From the NCBI GenBank assembly GCA_963741945.1, contig CAVUKA010000005.1, positions 448,001 to 512,000 on the forward strand: a stretch of 64,000 nucleotides of DNA. Direction: 5' to 3'. Below the pieces are notes generated by a model that searched no databases, had not been told where the DNA came from, and worked only from the letters and a program-made list of their open reading frames with translations. Positions 39,197 to 48,436 of this stretch are shown here, piece after piece; position 1 is the stretch's first letter; each line of letters opens with the position of its first letter. This stretch comes from an uncultured Gemmatimonadales bacterium. Lineage in GTDB: Bacteria; Gemmatimonadota; Gemmatimonadetes; Longimicrobiales; RSA9. The position numbers and the translations under genes were made by a program.

Positions 39197-40168
39197 CTAC
39201 ATCTCCGGCCCACCGTCGGCGCTGTCGCTGACCCACTCCTTGGCCCACATGTCCCAGACCCCGATCCCGGACAGCAGCGCCAGGTTGGGGAACAGGAGCG
39301 GCGCGAAGACCGGGGCGCCGTAGATGATGCGCTCACGCAGCGTTGCCACGTCTTCAGTCAACGCGGGGTAGACGTGCAGCACGAATCCCACCAAACCCGT
39401 GACCACGGCCAGCGCCAGGACGCCGAGCGTGATGCGGAAGAAGAGGTGCGGGACCGGAACGAAGATGGGGACCAGGAGCCAGCCGACCACGAACGCCGCC
39501 ACGACCACCGGCATCCACTCCATGGTGTAGAAGAACCCGTTTTGCGCGTGGTCCAGGAGTGACAGCGCGAAATTCCCCAGGAATCCGCCCCAGGAGAGGA
39601 TGAGGACCCACTGCCCCCACTCCACGGAGTCGGTGGGCACGAGGCGGTTGGCCAGCAGAAGGAGCCCCAGACCCGTGAACGCCAGCGGGGCGACGAACGG
39701 GGCCGAGTAGACCAGGGTGCGCAGTGTCAGCGCCTGGAAGAAGTTGCTGTGGAGGTGCCAGAGCATGCCCGCCACCCCCACCGCCACCCCGGCAACGCCC
39801 ACCACCACCCCTAGCCACCATCCCGCGCCCTCCCGGAACGACCGGACACCGCCCCGACCCGCCCTCCCGCCAACGACGCCACGAACCGGCGCGGACACCG
39901 TCAGATTCACCAGGACCGCCAGGGCCGCGGCAATGGTGTAGGCCAGCGGAATCCACTCGGGGGCCCGGGCAAAAGCATTGACGGAATGGGCCACGTAGAT
40001 GTCCAGCGTCAGGAACGAGAAGTTCAGCGCGATGAACACCTCCACCAGGAACGGCCGGTTGGGTGAGAACCCCACCCACCGCGTCCTCGACCGCACTTCC
40101 GCCACCTCCTCGTTCCCGGCCACGTACGACGGCGGGACGCGAGGCGACCGGCGGCGCTCCGCTGTCAC
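39197..40168 (-). CDS. Polytopic membrane protein with internal duplication (putative heme b/quinol-interacting partner)
   Basis: About 8 TM; repeated HxxNxF..EWxP and H...YxAPxxAPL; GTGA overlap with the cytochrome stop. Confidence 0.75.
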   Translation of the reverse strand: MTAERRRSPRVPPSYVAGNEEVAEVRSRTRWVGFSPNRPFLVEVFIALNFSFLTLDIYVAHSVNAFARAPEWIPLAYTIAAALAVLVNLTVSAPVRGVVGGRAGRGGVRSFREGAGWWLGVVVGVAGVAVGVAGMLWHLHSNFFQALTLRTLVYSAPFVAPLAFTGLGLLLLANRLVPTDSVEWGQWVLILSWGGFLGNFALSLLDHAQNGFFYTMEWMPVVVAAFVVGWLLVPIFVPVPHLFFRITLGVLALAVVTGLVGFVLHVYPALTEDVATLRERIIYGAPVFAPLLFPNLALLSGIGVWDMWAKEWVSDSADGGPEM

Positions 40169-41442
40169 TGCCCCGCTCCACCAGCCTGCCCACCCGTCCC
40201 CGCCGGGGCCATCCCGTGGGCTCGCCGCAGCTCCGCCGCCTGCGCTTTCATCTCGATCAGGTTGGTCAGCAGCTCGTAGTTGCCATGCCACTGCACATAG
40301 TCGGGACCGCCCATGAACGCGGCGTGCTTGGCCGTCCGCCCGAAGTAGTGCCAGTAGTTGAAATACGTGAAGTCGATCGGCTCATCGAACGGCTTCGGCG
40401 TGAGCAGCCCCTCCGCCCGCAGCCCCTCCATGACCTGCTGCGCCTCCCGCACCTTCTCGTTCGTTGAGGCCACCACCCGCTCGGCGCGCACGTAGAAGCT
40501 GTCCGTGTGCGCCAGCGTGTGGCAGTTGGCACACATTTCCTTCATGTTCGCCTGCCCCTGCAGGTACGTCGGCCGCCGCTCACTCACCTCCGCGAACAGC
40601 CACCAGCTCAGCCGCTCCGTCACGTCGTGCGTCATGCTCGCGCCGCCCAGCCCGCTCATGTGGCACGTGCTGCACGTCGGCACCGGCATGTCCTCCACCG
40701 TGAGCGTCTTCGGGTCCGCATCGAGGTTCATCTCGTTCCGCTGCGCCTCGAACAGGACACCGTGCTTCGATTCCTCGTATATCTCGATCTGCGAATGGTC
40801 CGGCCCCAGGTGGCACTGGCCGCACGTTCGCGGCTGCCGCGCCAGCGCCACCGACGCCATGTGGCGACCGTGGCACACCGTGCACGTGCCGAGGCTCCCA
40901 TCCGCGTTCGGCTTCCCCACCGAGTGGCACGCCTCGCAACCCGACTCCGCGGCACTCTCCCCCTCCAGCGCCGTCAGCGGGTTGGGCGCACGCTTCACCG
41001 CCCCGGGGTGATACCGCTCCGCGAACTCCACCTGCTCATCCGTGAACGGAGCCGCCCCATGAATGGCCGCGAACGCGGGCGCCGCGTGACGGCTCCGCAG
41101 GTACTCCCGGTACTGCTTGGCATGGCACTGCTCGCAGTTCAGCGCCGTCACCGTGGTCGCGATCACGAACCCGTTGTGCTCCAGACCCACCTGACCTTCC
41201 ACCGGTTGGTGACAGTCCAGACACGTGGTCCCCACCCGCGCGTGCCCGCTCTGCTCGTACTCGAGCACGATCGCCGCCGTCTCCTCACGGTGGCACGACG
41301 CGCACTTCCCCGTGGCCGCCACCAGCTCCGGCGACGGCTGCTCCACTTCCAGCCGTGGCCGCCTCGCGTTCACCAGGAACGCCGCCACCAGCAGCGCAGT
41401 GCCAATGAAGACAGCGAGAAACACCGAGCGGAACAGCGTCAT
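40165..41442 (-). CDS. Octaheme c-type cytochrome, hydroxylamine oxidoreductase-like
   Basis: Eight CxxCH (CASCH, CLDCH, CEQCH, CEACH, CTVCH, CGQCH, CSTCH, CANCH), GPDHSQIEIYEESKHG, PDYVQWHG; N-terminal anchor. Confidence 0.88.
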   Translation of the reverse strand: MTLFRSVFLAVFIGTALLVAAFLVNARRPRLEVEQPSPELVAATGKCASCHREETAAIVLEYEQSGHARVGTTCLDCHQPVEGQVGLEHNGFVIATTVTALNCEQCHAKQYREYLRSRHAAPAFAAIHGAAPFTDEQVEFAERYHPGAVKRAPNPLTALEGESAAESGCEACHSVGKPNADGSLGTCTVCHGRHMASVALARQPRTCGQCHLGPDHSQIEIYEESKHGVLFEAQRNEMNLDADPKTLTVEDMPVPTCSTCHMSGLGGASMTHDVTERLSWWLFAEVSERRPTYLQGQANMKEMCANCHTLAHTDSFYVRAERVVASTNEKVREAQQVMEGLRAEGLLTPKPFDEPIDFTYFNYWHYFGRTAKHAAFMGGPDYVQWHGNYELLTNLIEMKAQAAELRRAHGMAPAGTGGQAGGAGQ

Positions 41443-41545
41443 CGTCCACCCTTCCTTCGAAGGATTCGAGCCATGGGAACGTCACGATGCCAGGTGCCCT
41501 TCGCATGCGCCAGTGGGGCCTTCCACCACAGCCCCCCGGCCCAGA

Positions 41546-41562
41546 ATCAGGTGAACCCCTAC
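41546..41562. promoter_or_regulatory. GTAGG-N7-CCTAC-like site between the divergent cytochrome and porin genes
   Basis: ATCAGGTGAACCCCTAC (reverse complement GTAGGGGTTCACCTGAT). Confidence 0.45.
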
Positions 41563-41621
41563 AGACAGGGAGGCCATTAAGGACAAGGTTATGCGGAATA
41601 ACGGCAACGAAAGTGGCGCAC

Positions 41622-42833
41622 ATGAGACGAATGGCGGGGGCGGTGCTGCTGGCGCTGGCGGCGGCGGGAGCGGCGGCGGCGCAGAGCGTGGAGCTCGGGG
41701 GCGAAGTGCGGCCGCGGATCGAGTGGCGGGATCCGGTGAACGGGGGGGAGGGGGCGGGCTCCCACACGCTGGACATGACGAGCATGCGGACGCGCGTGTC
41801 GGCGCTGGCCGAGCTCAGGGGGGGTGCGCGAGCGTTCGTGCAGCTTCAGGATGTTCGCCTGTGGGGTGGCGAGGCGTCGACCACGGATGGATCTGCGGAC
41901 GCGCTCGATCTGCATCAGGGCTGGGTGGAGCTGGGGAGTCCGGAGGCTTCGACGTGGACGGCGCGGGCGGGGCGGCAGGAGCTGGCGTACGGTGATGAGC
42001 GGCTCGTGGGCGCTCTGAACTGGGCGCAGCAGGCGCGCTCGTTCGACGGCCTGCGTCTGCGCTACCGCGGCACTGGTGTGGTGGTGGACGGGCTGGCGAT
42101 GTCGTTGGGAGAGCGGGAGGCCGGCACGGGGGACGCTGCGCTCTACGGCGTGTACGGCAGGCTGGGGGAATCCGGTTCAGTGCAGGCGTACGTGCTGTAC
42201 AACAGTGCCGACGCGTTGCGGGCGGATCCTGCACGAGAAGTGGACGTCACGGACCAGTACACGTTGGGTGGACGGTGGGCGGCGGCGCGGGGCCGCTGGG
42301 ACTGGCGAGTCGAGGGCGCCTATCAGCTGGGCGAGCGATCGATGGAGGACGTGTCGGCGTATCTGTTCGCGGCCAAAGCGGGAGCCGCGGTGACGCAGGC
42401 GTGGCGGGTGGGTGTCCTGTACGACCGGCTGTCGGGGGATGATGATCCGGCGGACGGCACCGTTCGCGTGTTCGACACGCTGTTCGCGACGAACCACAAG
42501 TTCTACGGGTACATGGACCTCTTCCTGAACATCCCGGTCCAGACGGCCGGCCGAGGTCTCCAGGACGTGGGGGTGGAGTCGGGCTACGTGGTGACGCCCG
42601 ATCTCTCGCTGGGATTGAACGGGCATACGTTCGCGCTGGCCGCGGCGAGCGGCGTGGGCAGCGCGCACCTGGGGGAGGAGATCGATCTGACCGCACGGTG
42701 GAGCTACGCACCGGGCGTAGTGCTGACGGGCGGGGCATCGTATTTCGCCGCGGGGGCGGCGTGGACGGATGTCCTCGGCCACGCGGAAGACCACCAGGGG
42801 TGGCTCTACGTCATGCTCGACGTGGCGTTCTGA
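41622..42833 (+). CDS. Alginate-export-family outer-membrane beta-barrel
   Basis: Signal peptide, GRQELAYGDERLVG, RSFDG, SGDDDP, FDTLFATNHKFYGYMD, LGEEID, terminal F. Confidence 0.85.
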   Translation: MRRMAGAVLLALAAAGAAAAQSVELGGEVRPRIEWRDPVNGGEGAGSHTLDMTSMRTRVSALAELRGGARAFVQLQDVRLWGGEASTTDGSADALDLHQGWVELGSPEASTWTARAGRQELAYGDERLVGALNWAQQARSFDGLRLRYRGTGVVVDGLAMSLGEREAGTGDAALYGVYGRLGESGSVQAYVLYNSADALRADPAREVDVTDQYTLGGRWAAARGRWDWRVEGAYQLGERSMEDVSAYLFAAKAGAAVTQAWRVGVLYDRLSGDDDPADGTVRVFDTLFATNHKFYGYMDLFLNIPVQTAGRGLQDVGVESGYVVTPDLSLGLNGHTFALAAASGVGSAHLGEEIDLTARWSYAPGVVLTGGASYFAAGAAWTDVLGHAEDHQGWLYVMLDVAF

Positions 42834-43491
42834 CGTCCAGGCGGAGGATGGCGACGAGGTCGGCCGGGTGGTCGATCACGACCGCGCCTGCCTGGCGCGC
42901 GCGCTCCGCGAAATCCGCGCGTTCGTCCTGCTCCCGTGCCCAGAGGGCTGTCACGGGGCGTACGCCCGCGGCCTGGGCGGCGCGGATGTCGGTCATGGTG
43001 TCGCCCACGTAGAAGGAGCTGGCGGGATCGGCGCCCATGCGCTCGACGGCGAGATGGAGCCCGTGCGGGTCCGGCTTCGGGGCGCGCACATCGTCATCGA
43101 ACACGAGCATGTCGAACTCGCCCAGGGTGATGGCGGCACGGGTGATGTCCCACGCGCGGCGGCTCTTCCCCGTGACCAGCCCCAGGGGGAGGCCTGAACT
43201 CCGGATCCGGTCGAGGAGCCCGGGGATGCCGGGGTAGACGCCTTCGAACATGTCCGGGTGGAGGCGCTGGTAAGCGCCATAGAAGTCCTCGACACAGGCG
43301 TCCAGGTCCGCCTCCGCCACCACGGCCCGGAGGAAGGCCAGCTCCGACGTGGGTCGCAGCGCCATGATGTCCTCGCGGGACAGGTCCTCGCGGACATACG
43401 GCTCCACGGCGACACGATACGCTTCCAGGTAGAGCGCCTTCGTGGCAATGAGGGTCCCATCGAGATCGAACAGTACTGCGGTGCCGGACAT
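42811..43491 (-). CDS. HAD-family hydrolase (phosphoglycolate phosphatase-like)
   Basis: LFDLDGT, VTGK, KPDP, YVGD...D; 3' end overlaps the porin 3' end. Confidence 0.9.
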   Translation of the reverse strand: MSGTAVLFDLDGTLIATKALYLEAYRVAVEPYVREDLSREDIMALRPTSELAFLRAVVAEADLDACVEDFYGAYQRLHPDMFEGVYPGIPGLLDRIRSSGLPLGLVTGKSRRAWDITRAAITLGEFDMLVFDDDVRAPKPDPHGLHLAVERMGADPASSFYVGDTMTDIRAAQAAGVRPVTALWAREQDERADFAERARQAGAVVIDHPADLVAILRLDVRTPRRA

Positions 43492-43617
43492 GCTCTCCTC
43501 GCGCCACGTGGTCATCGCCCCGCCGCCGGAGGATGGACGGAGCGCTCCGGGGGGTCAACGGCGGGCCATGGATCGCACGTGCCAGCGGGGCGGGAATGGA
43601 TGCAGCGTGGCCCCTGC

Positions 43618-44610
43618 TCAGGGAACGGCGCCCGTCTCTGTCGGCTCGGATGTTCCGGACCGGGCACCCGCGTCGGCTCCGGTGGCCACGCGGCCCACGC
43701 CCCGGTGGATCAGCACCGGGCGTCGGGTCCCACGGATGACCTTGTCGGCCACGCTGCCCAGGATCAGGCGACGCAGCCCGCCCCGACCGTGCGTGCCGAG
43801 CACGATCAGGTCCGAGTCCAGCTTGTCGGCGGTATCGAGGATGGCGGGGGCCGGCTGATAGTCCACCATCACCCGGGTCTCCACCGTGTGGCCGGCCAGC
43901 CAGTCCTGCGCGGCCACCCGCTGCAGGTAGCCGCGCATGTGGGCTTCGCGGGCCTCGATCTCCTCGTGCGTCAGCTGGATCGTATGGGGCAGATAGGGGG
44001 AAGCGGCCGCCACGGGCGGCTGCAACACGTGGAGCAGGACCACGGATGCTTCATCGGTCAGGCCCATGTCCAGCGCATCGCGCAGAGCGCGCTCCGCGGT
44101 ATCGCTCCCGTCCAGCGCCACCAGGATCCGCTCGAAGCGCCGGTCCGTGCCGCCCGTGATCTCACGCGTGTGCTCGGAGGGCCGGATCAGGAGCAGCGGC
44201 GCCATGCAGTGTCGCAGCAGGCTGTCGGCGGTGCTTCCGAGCCACGCGCGCTGCAGGCCGCCCCGCCCGTGCGTGGTCATCACGACGAGCTCGACGCCCT
44301 GCCCTTCCGCATACCGTGAAAGGGCCACGGCCACATTGCCGCGGAGCAGTGCGGGGCGCACGGGGAGTCCGGAGCTGGCCACCCGCTCGGTGAGGTCCTC
44401 GATATAGGCGGCGTCCAGGTCACGCTGCTCGGCGTGCTGCGCTTCCACCGTATCCGCGAGCGGATGGTTCGGCCCCACGAGGTCGGCCGGTACGTGGACG
44501 AGGGCAAGGTGGATGGTCGCGGCCGTGCGACGCGCGATCCCGAGGGCGTATGGGAGGGCGTGCTCGGCGAAGTTGGAGCCGTCGACGGGAACCAGGACCG
44601 ATCTCGGCAT
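43618..44610 (-). CDS. Universal stress protein (tandem USP domains)
   Basis: VPVDGS / VALDGS, THGRGG..LGS twice. Confidence 0.95.
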   Translation of the reverse strand: MPRSVLVPVDGSNFAEHALPYALGIARRTAATIHLALVHVPADLVGPNHPLADTVEAQHAEQRDLDAAYIEDLTERVASSGLPVRPALLRGNVAVALSRYAEGQGVELVVMTTHGRGGLQRAWLGSTADSLLRHCMAPLLLIRPSEHTREITGGTDRRFERILVALDGSDTAERALRDALDMGLTDEASVVLLHVLQPPVAAASPYLPHTIQLTHEEIEAREAHMRGYLQRVAAQDWLAGHTVETRVMVDYQPAPAILDTADKLDSDLIVLGTHGRGGLRRLILGSVADKVIRGTRRPVLIHRGVGRVATGADAGARSGTSEPTETGAVP

Positions 44611-44765
44611 GGCGGGCCTCCGCCCCGACTGAAGTTGAAAATGGGGCCCGACGGCGACTCTCCGGCGAAGCCCCTACCCGCGCGCCGCGGACCCCATTTC
44701 CAAATTGTGGATTCAAGATGGTGTCTCGATCGCCGTGGAACAGTCGGGGGCTGGATGAAATTCCT

Positions 44766-44782
44766 GTGGGAGTATTCCCGAC
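44766..44782. promoter_or_regulatory. GTNGG-N7-CCNAC palindrome upstream of the USP gene
   Basis: GTGGGAGTATTCCCGAC; weaker half-site CCCTAC ending at 44677. Confidence 0.45.
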
Positions 44783-44791
44783 CCGCTCCGT

Positions 44792-46282
44792 TCAGTTGGC
44801 TGGAACGGTGCGGCCGTGCGCCCAGGCGCGGAGGGCGCCGATGCGCTCGCGGGCGGTGCTGGCCAGCGGCCGGGTCCGGGCGATCTCGGCAAGGAGCGCC
44901 CCCTGGCTGAGCGGCTTCCCGCTGGCGAAGGCGGTGTACAGCGCGCTGATGATCACCTGCTCGATTTCGGCGCCGGTGAAGGATGGGGCGGCGTCGGCCA
45001 GCGCGTCGAGGTCGAAGTCAGCGGGTTCGTGATTCCTGCGGGCGAGGTGGATGCGGAAGATGTCGCATCGGCCGGCGGCATCGGGGAAGTCGACGAAGAA
45101 GACCTCGTCGAAGCGACCCTTGCGCAGGAACTCGGGGGGCAGCCGCTGGACGTCGTTGGCGGTGGCGACGACGAACACGTCGGCGCGCCGGTCCTGCATC
45201 CAGCCGAGAAACGTCCCGAGCACGCGCGTGGATACGCCCCCGTCCTCGCTCCCGCCTTCCGCGAACGCCTTTTCCAGCTCATCGATCCAGAGCACCACGG
45301 GCGCCATGCGCTCGGCCGTCTCCATGGCGCGCCGGAAGTTCCTCTCCGTCTCGCCGATGTACTTGTTGTAGAGCGCCGACGGGTCGAGCTTCAGGAGCGG
45401 CAGCATCCATTCGCTGGCCACTGCCTTGGCGCACAACGACTTCCCCGCGCCCGGGACGCCCACGAGCAGGATCCCCTTCGGGAACTCCAGTCCGAAGCCG
45501 CGCGCCCGCTGCGGGTCGCGGATCAGCGCGCTCCGCTTCTCGAGCCAGCCCTTCAGCCCGGCCAGATCCGCGACATCGGCCAGCGCTTCTTCCACCGGGT
45601 AGTACTCGAGCAGACCGTCCCGCTCCACGAGCTCCCGTTTGCGCTCCAGCACGGCGGCGATGTCGTCCGCGCTCAGCCGCCCATCCTCGACGATGGCCCG
45701 GGTGAGCGCCTTCTGCGCTTCGATGAGCGTGAGCCCGCGCAGGTTGGCGTACAGGCGCCGGAGCTCGTCGGGCTTCAGCTCCACGGCCACGTCCTGGCGC
45801 TGCCGGAGGTCGCGCAGGATGCGTCCGAGCAGCTCGTGGTAGTCCGCGTCTTCGGGCGGCGCGAGGCGAACCACCGCGGCGCGCAACCGAACGGGCTCCG
45901 GCAGCGACAGCCCGGAGCCGGTGAGGATGATGATCCCGGGGATGACCTCGCACGCCCGGGCGGCGTCCGCCAGCGCGGCACTCACCCCGGGATCGCCGAG
46001 GAACGGCCCGAGGCCGCGGAAGTGGTACACGGCGGGGAATGCGGCGCGCTCCACGTGCGCCAGCGCAGCCTGCGGCGACTGCGTGCCGTAGACCGGCCCA
46101 TCGGCGTCGTCGCGGCGCAGCCCGTGGGTGGCCGTCCAGGCGAGCCGGGGGGTACCCAGCCGATCGGCGAGGTGGCGGAGCAGGGTGCTGGCGCGGTCTT
46201 CGTCGTCGGTGTCCAGCACGGCGAGGCCGTGGTTGGAGCGGACGAGGAGGGCGAGCTCCTCCAGGGGATCCGGCGTTCTCAT
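44792..46282 (-). CDS. AAA+ ATPase, Ycf46-like
   Basis: PKGILLVGVPGAGKS, KYIGETE, LWIDELEK, LPPEFLRKGRFDEVFFVD, LRAWA. Confidence 0.9.
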   Translation of the reverse strand: MRTPDPLEELALLVRSNHGLAVLDTDDEDRASTLLRHLADRLGTPRLAWTATHGLRRDDADGPVYGTQSPQAALAHVERAAFPAVYHFRGLGPFLGDPGVSAALADAARACEVIPGIIILTGSGLSLPEPVRLRAAVVRLAPPEDADYHELLGRILRDLRQRQDVAVELKPDELRRLYANLRGLTLIEAQKALTRAIVEDGRLSADDIAAVLERKRELVERDGLLEYYPVEEALADVADLAGLKGWLEKRSALIRDPQRARGFGLEFPKGILLVGVPGAGKSLCAKAVASEWMLPLLKLDPSALYNKYIGETERNFRRAMETAERMAPVVLWIDELEKAFAEGGSEDGGVSTRVLGTFLGWMQDRRADVFVVATANDVQRLPPEFLRKGRFDEVFFVDFPDAAGRCDIFRIHLARRNHEPADFDLDALADAAPSFTGAEIEQVIISALYTAFASGKPLSQGALLAEIARTRPLASTARERIGALRAWAHGRTVPAN

Positions 46283-46377
46283 GGGGGTGAATCGTACGGC
46301 CGGAAGTCCGCGCGGTAAACCGTCGGCGAGCGCGCGGCAGGTGCGGCGGTTGACGACGCCACGGCCGCCGGCGCAGA

Positions 46378-46914
46378 ATGAGCATGCTCTCACCGGTGTC
46401 CAGCGGCCGGAGGCCCACTCCGCCGGCCGGCGCGCCGTGGCCCTTCCTTCCACCCCGAGCGCCCGTGTCGACACTCGAACCCGTCCGACCCGCCTTTCGC
46501 GAGCTGGCCCGAGCCATCGTCCCGGAAGCGTCCGCCCTGGATGCGGCCGGCTGGCAGGAGCTCGAGTCCATTGTCGAAGAAGCGCTGGCCGCCCGTCCGC
46601 CCTCGATGCGGCGCCAGCTGGTGCTCTTCATCCGCGTGCTCATGGCGCTGCCGGTGTTCCGCTGGGGACGGGGCTTCCGGCAGCTCGACGACGCGCGCCG
46701 CGCGCGCTTCCTGGCGAGCGTTCAGAACTCGCCCGTCTTCCTCCTGCGCCGCGGCTTCTGGGGTCTGAGAACAATGGTGTACATGGGGTATTACGGCCGG
46801 CCGGCGGGCTACCGGGCCGTGGGCTACGACGCGCGGCTCCGCGGCTGGCTCGAGCACCCGGCGGCGCTGACGGATGCGCGGGTCGCCAGTGAACGGGAGC
46901 GCACGCATGAATGA
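46378..46914 (+). CDS. Gluconate-2-dehydrogenase subunit-3-like small subunit
   Basis: LARAIVP, FRQLD..RRARFL, GLRTMVYMGYY, VGY; overlaps the GMC gene; true start may be GTG 46465. Confidence 0.7.
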   Translation: MSMLSPVSSGRRPTPPAGAPWPFLPPRAPVSTLEPVRPAFRELARAIVPEASALDAAGWQELESIVEEALAARPPSMRRQLVLFIRVLMALPVFRWGRGFRQLDDARRARFLASVQNSPVFLLRRGFWGLRTMVYMGYYGRPAGYRAVGYDARLRGWLEHPAALTDARVASERERTHE

Positions 46915-48436
46915 CCGCACCCGCTACGACGTGGTGATCGTGGGCTCCGGCGCGGGAGGCGGCACGGTGGCGCAGTCGCTGGCGCCCCTCGTCGCCCAGG
47001 GCAGGCGGGTACTCCTGCTCGAGCAGGGTCCTCGCGTGGACGCGGACGAGATGAGCGGTCGCGAGCTGGAGATGGCATCGGCGCTGTACGAGGACGATGG
47101 CGGATTCCTCACCGCCGACGGCTCGATGACGCTGGCGTTCGGGCGCGCGTACGGCGGCAGCACACTGGTGTACACGGGGACCAGCCTCCTGCCGCCGAAG
47201 CGGGTGATCGAGCACTGGGGCGTTCCGGGCCTCGACCACGCCGATCTGCAGGCGCGCGCGGAGCGCTACGCCGTGGCCAACAACGTCCACCTCATCCCGC
47301 CGGAGCTGATCAACGACAACAACCGGCTGTTCCGCGAAGGGTGTGAGGCGCTCGGGTGGGAAGCCGAGCAGTTCCCCGTGAACGTCCGTGGCTGCCTCGG
47401 CTCCTCGCTGTGCAACCTCGGCTGCCCGAACGGGGCGAAGATGGGGACGGCGTTCGTACAGCTTCCGGCGGCCGAGCACGCGGGGGTGGAAGTGGCGACG
47501 CGCGCGGAGGTGGTGCGTCTCGATCCGGAGCGGCGTCGCCTGCGGGTGCGGGTGAGCGCGCGCGCACCGGGCGCGAAGGGGCGGGTGGGCGAGTGGGCGC
47601 CCGGGGAGTACGACATCCAGGCGGGCATGGTGGTCGTGGCGGGGGGCTCCATCGGCTCGAGCGCGCTCCTGCTGCGATCGGGGCTGGGGCGGCAGCTGCC
47701 GACGCTCGGCCACGGCTTCACCTGTCACCCCGCGCACATCCTGGTGGGGGAGCATGCGGAGCCGATCACGAACGACGTGGGTCACCCGAAGAGCTATTTC
47801 CTGGATCGGTGGCAGGAGGGATACGTGCTCGAGACGTGCATGTACTTCCCGTTCATCACTGCCAAGAACCTGACGGGCTTCGGCGCTGCCCACAGCCGCC
47901 TCATGCGGGCGTTCCCCCGTCTGCAGATGATCCTGGTCCTTGCGCTGGACCGGGCGGTGCCGGAGAACCGGATCGAAGTGGACCGCGAGGGTCGGCCGGT
48001 GGTCCGCTACACCTTCTCGAAGGAAGTGGTGGATGCGCTCGTGGCGGCCACGCGCGCCTCCGCGCGGATCTTCTTCGCCGCGGGCGCGCTGCGGGTGCAC
48101 GCGCCGGAAGCGGAGCCGCAGCTCATCGAGCGGGGCGATGCGGAGCGCGTGGACGCGCTCATCACCCGCCGCAATTTCCGGACGGGCAAGATCAGCATCT
48201 CGGCCGCGCACCTCATGGGCGGGTGCGCCATGGGCACGGGTCCGCTGGACTCCGTGGCGGACGCGTGGGGGCGGGTCCACGGCCTCCCATGGCTGCGCGT
48301 GGCCGATTCTGCGCTCTTCCCCGACTCGCTCGAGATCAATCCGTACCTGACCATCATGGGTCTGGCGGACCGCGTGGCCGAGAAGCTCCGGGCCGAAGTG
48401 GCCGAGTTTCCGCCTGCCGAAGGGAGAGGCGTCTGA
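46907..48436 (+). CDS. GMC-family FAD oxidoreductase
   Basis: VGSGAGGG, GGST, CLGSSLCNLGC, AHLMGGC, VADSALFP, INPYLTI. Confidence 0.92.
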   Translation: MNDRTRYDVVIVGSGAGGGTVAQSLAPLVAQGRRVLLLEQGPRVDADEMSGRELEMASALYEDDGGFLTADGSMTLAFGRAYGGSTLVYTGTSLLPPKRVIEHWGVPGLDHADLQARAERYAVANNVHLIPPELINDNNRLFREGCEALGWEAEQFPVNVRGCLGSSLCNLGCPNGAKMGTAFVQLPAAEHAGVEVATRAEVVRLDPERRRLRVRVSARAPGAKGRVGEWAPGEYDIQAGMVVVAGGSIGSSALLLRSGLGRQLPTLGHGFTCHPAHILVGEHAEPITNDVGHPKSYFLDRWQEGYVLETCMYFPFITAKNLTGFGAAHSRLMRAFPRLQMILVLALDRAVPENRIEVDREGRPVVRYTFSKEVVDALVAATRASARIFFAAGALRVHAPEAEPQLIERGDAERVDALITRRNFRTGKISISAAHLMGGCAMGTGPLDSVADAWGRVHGLPWLRVADSALFPDSLEINPYLTIMGLADRVAEKLRAEVAEFPPAEGRGV

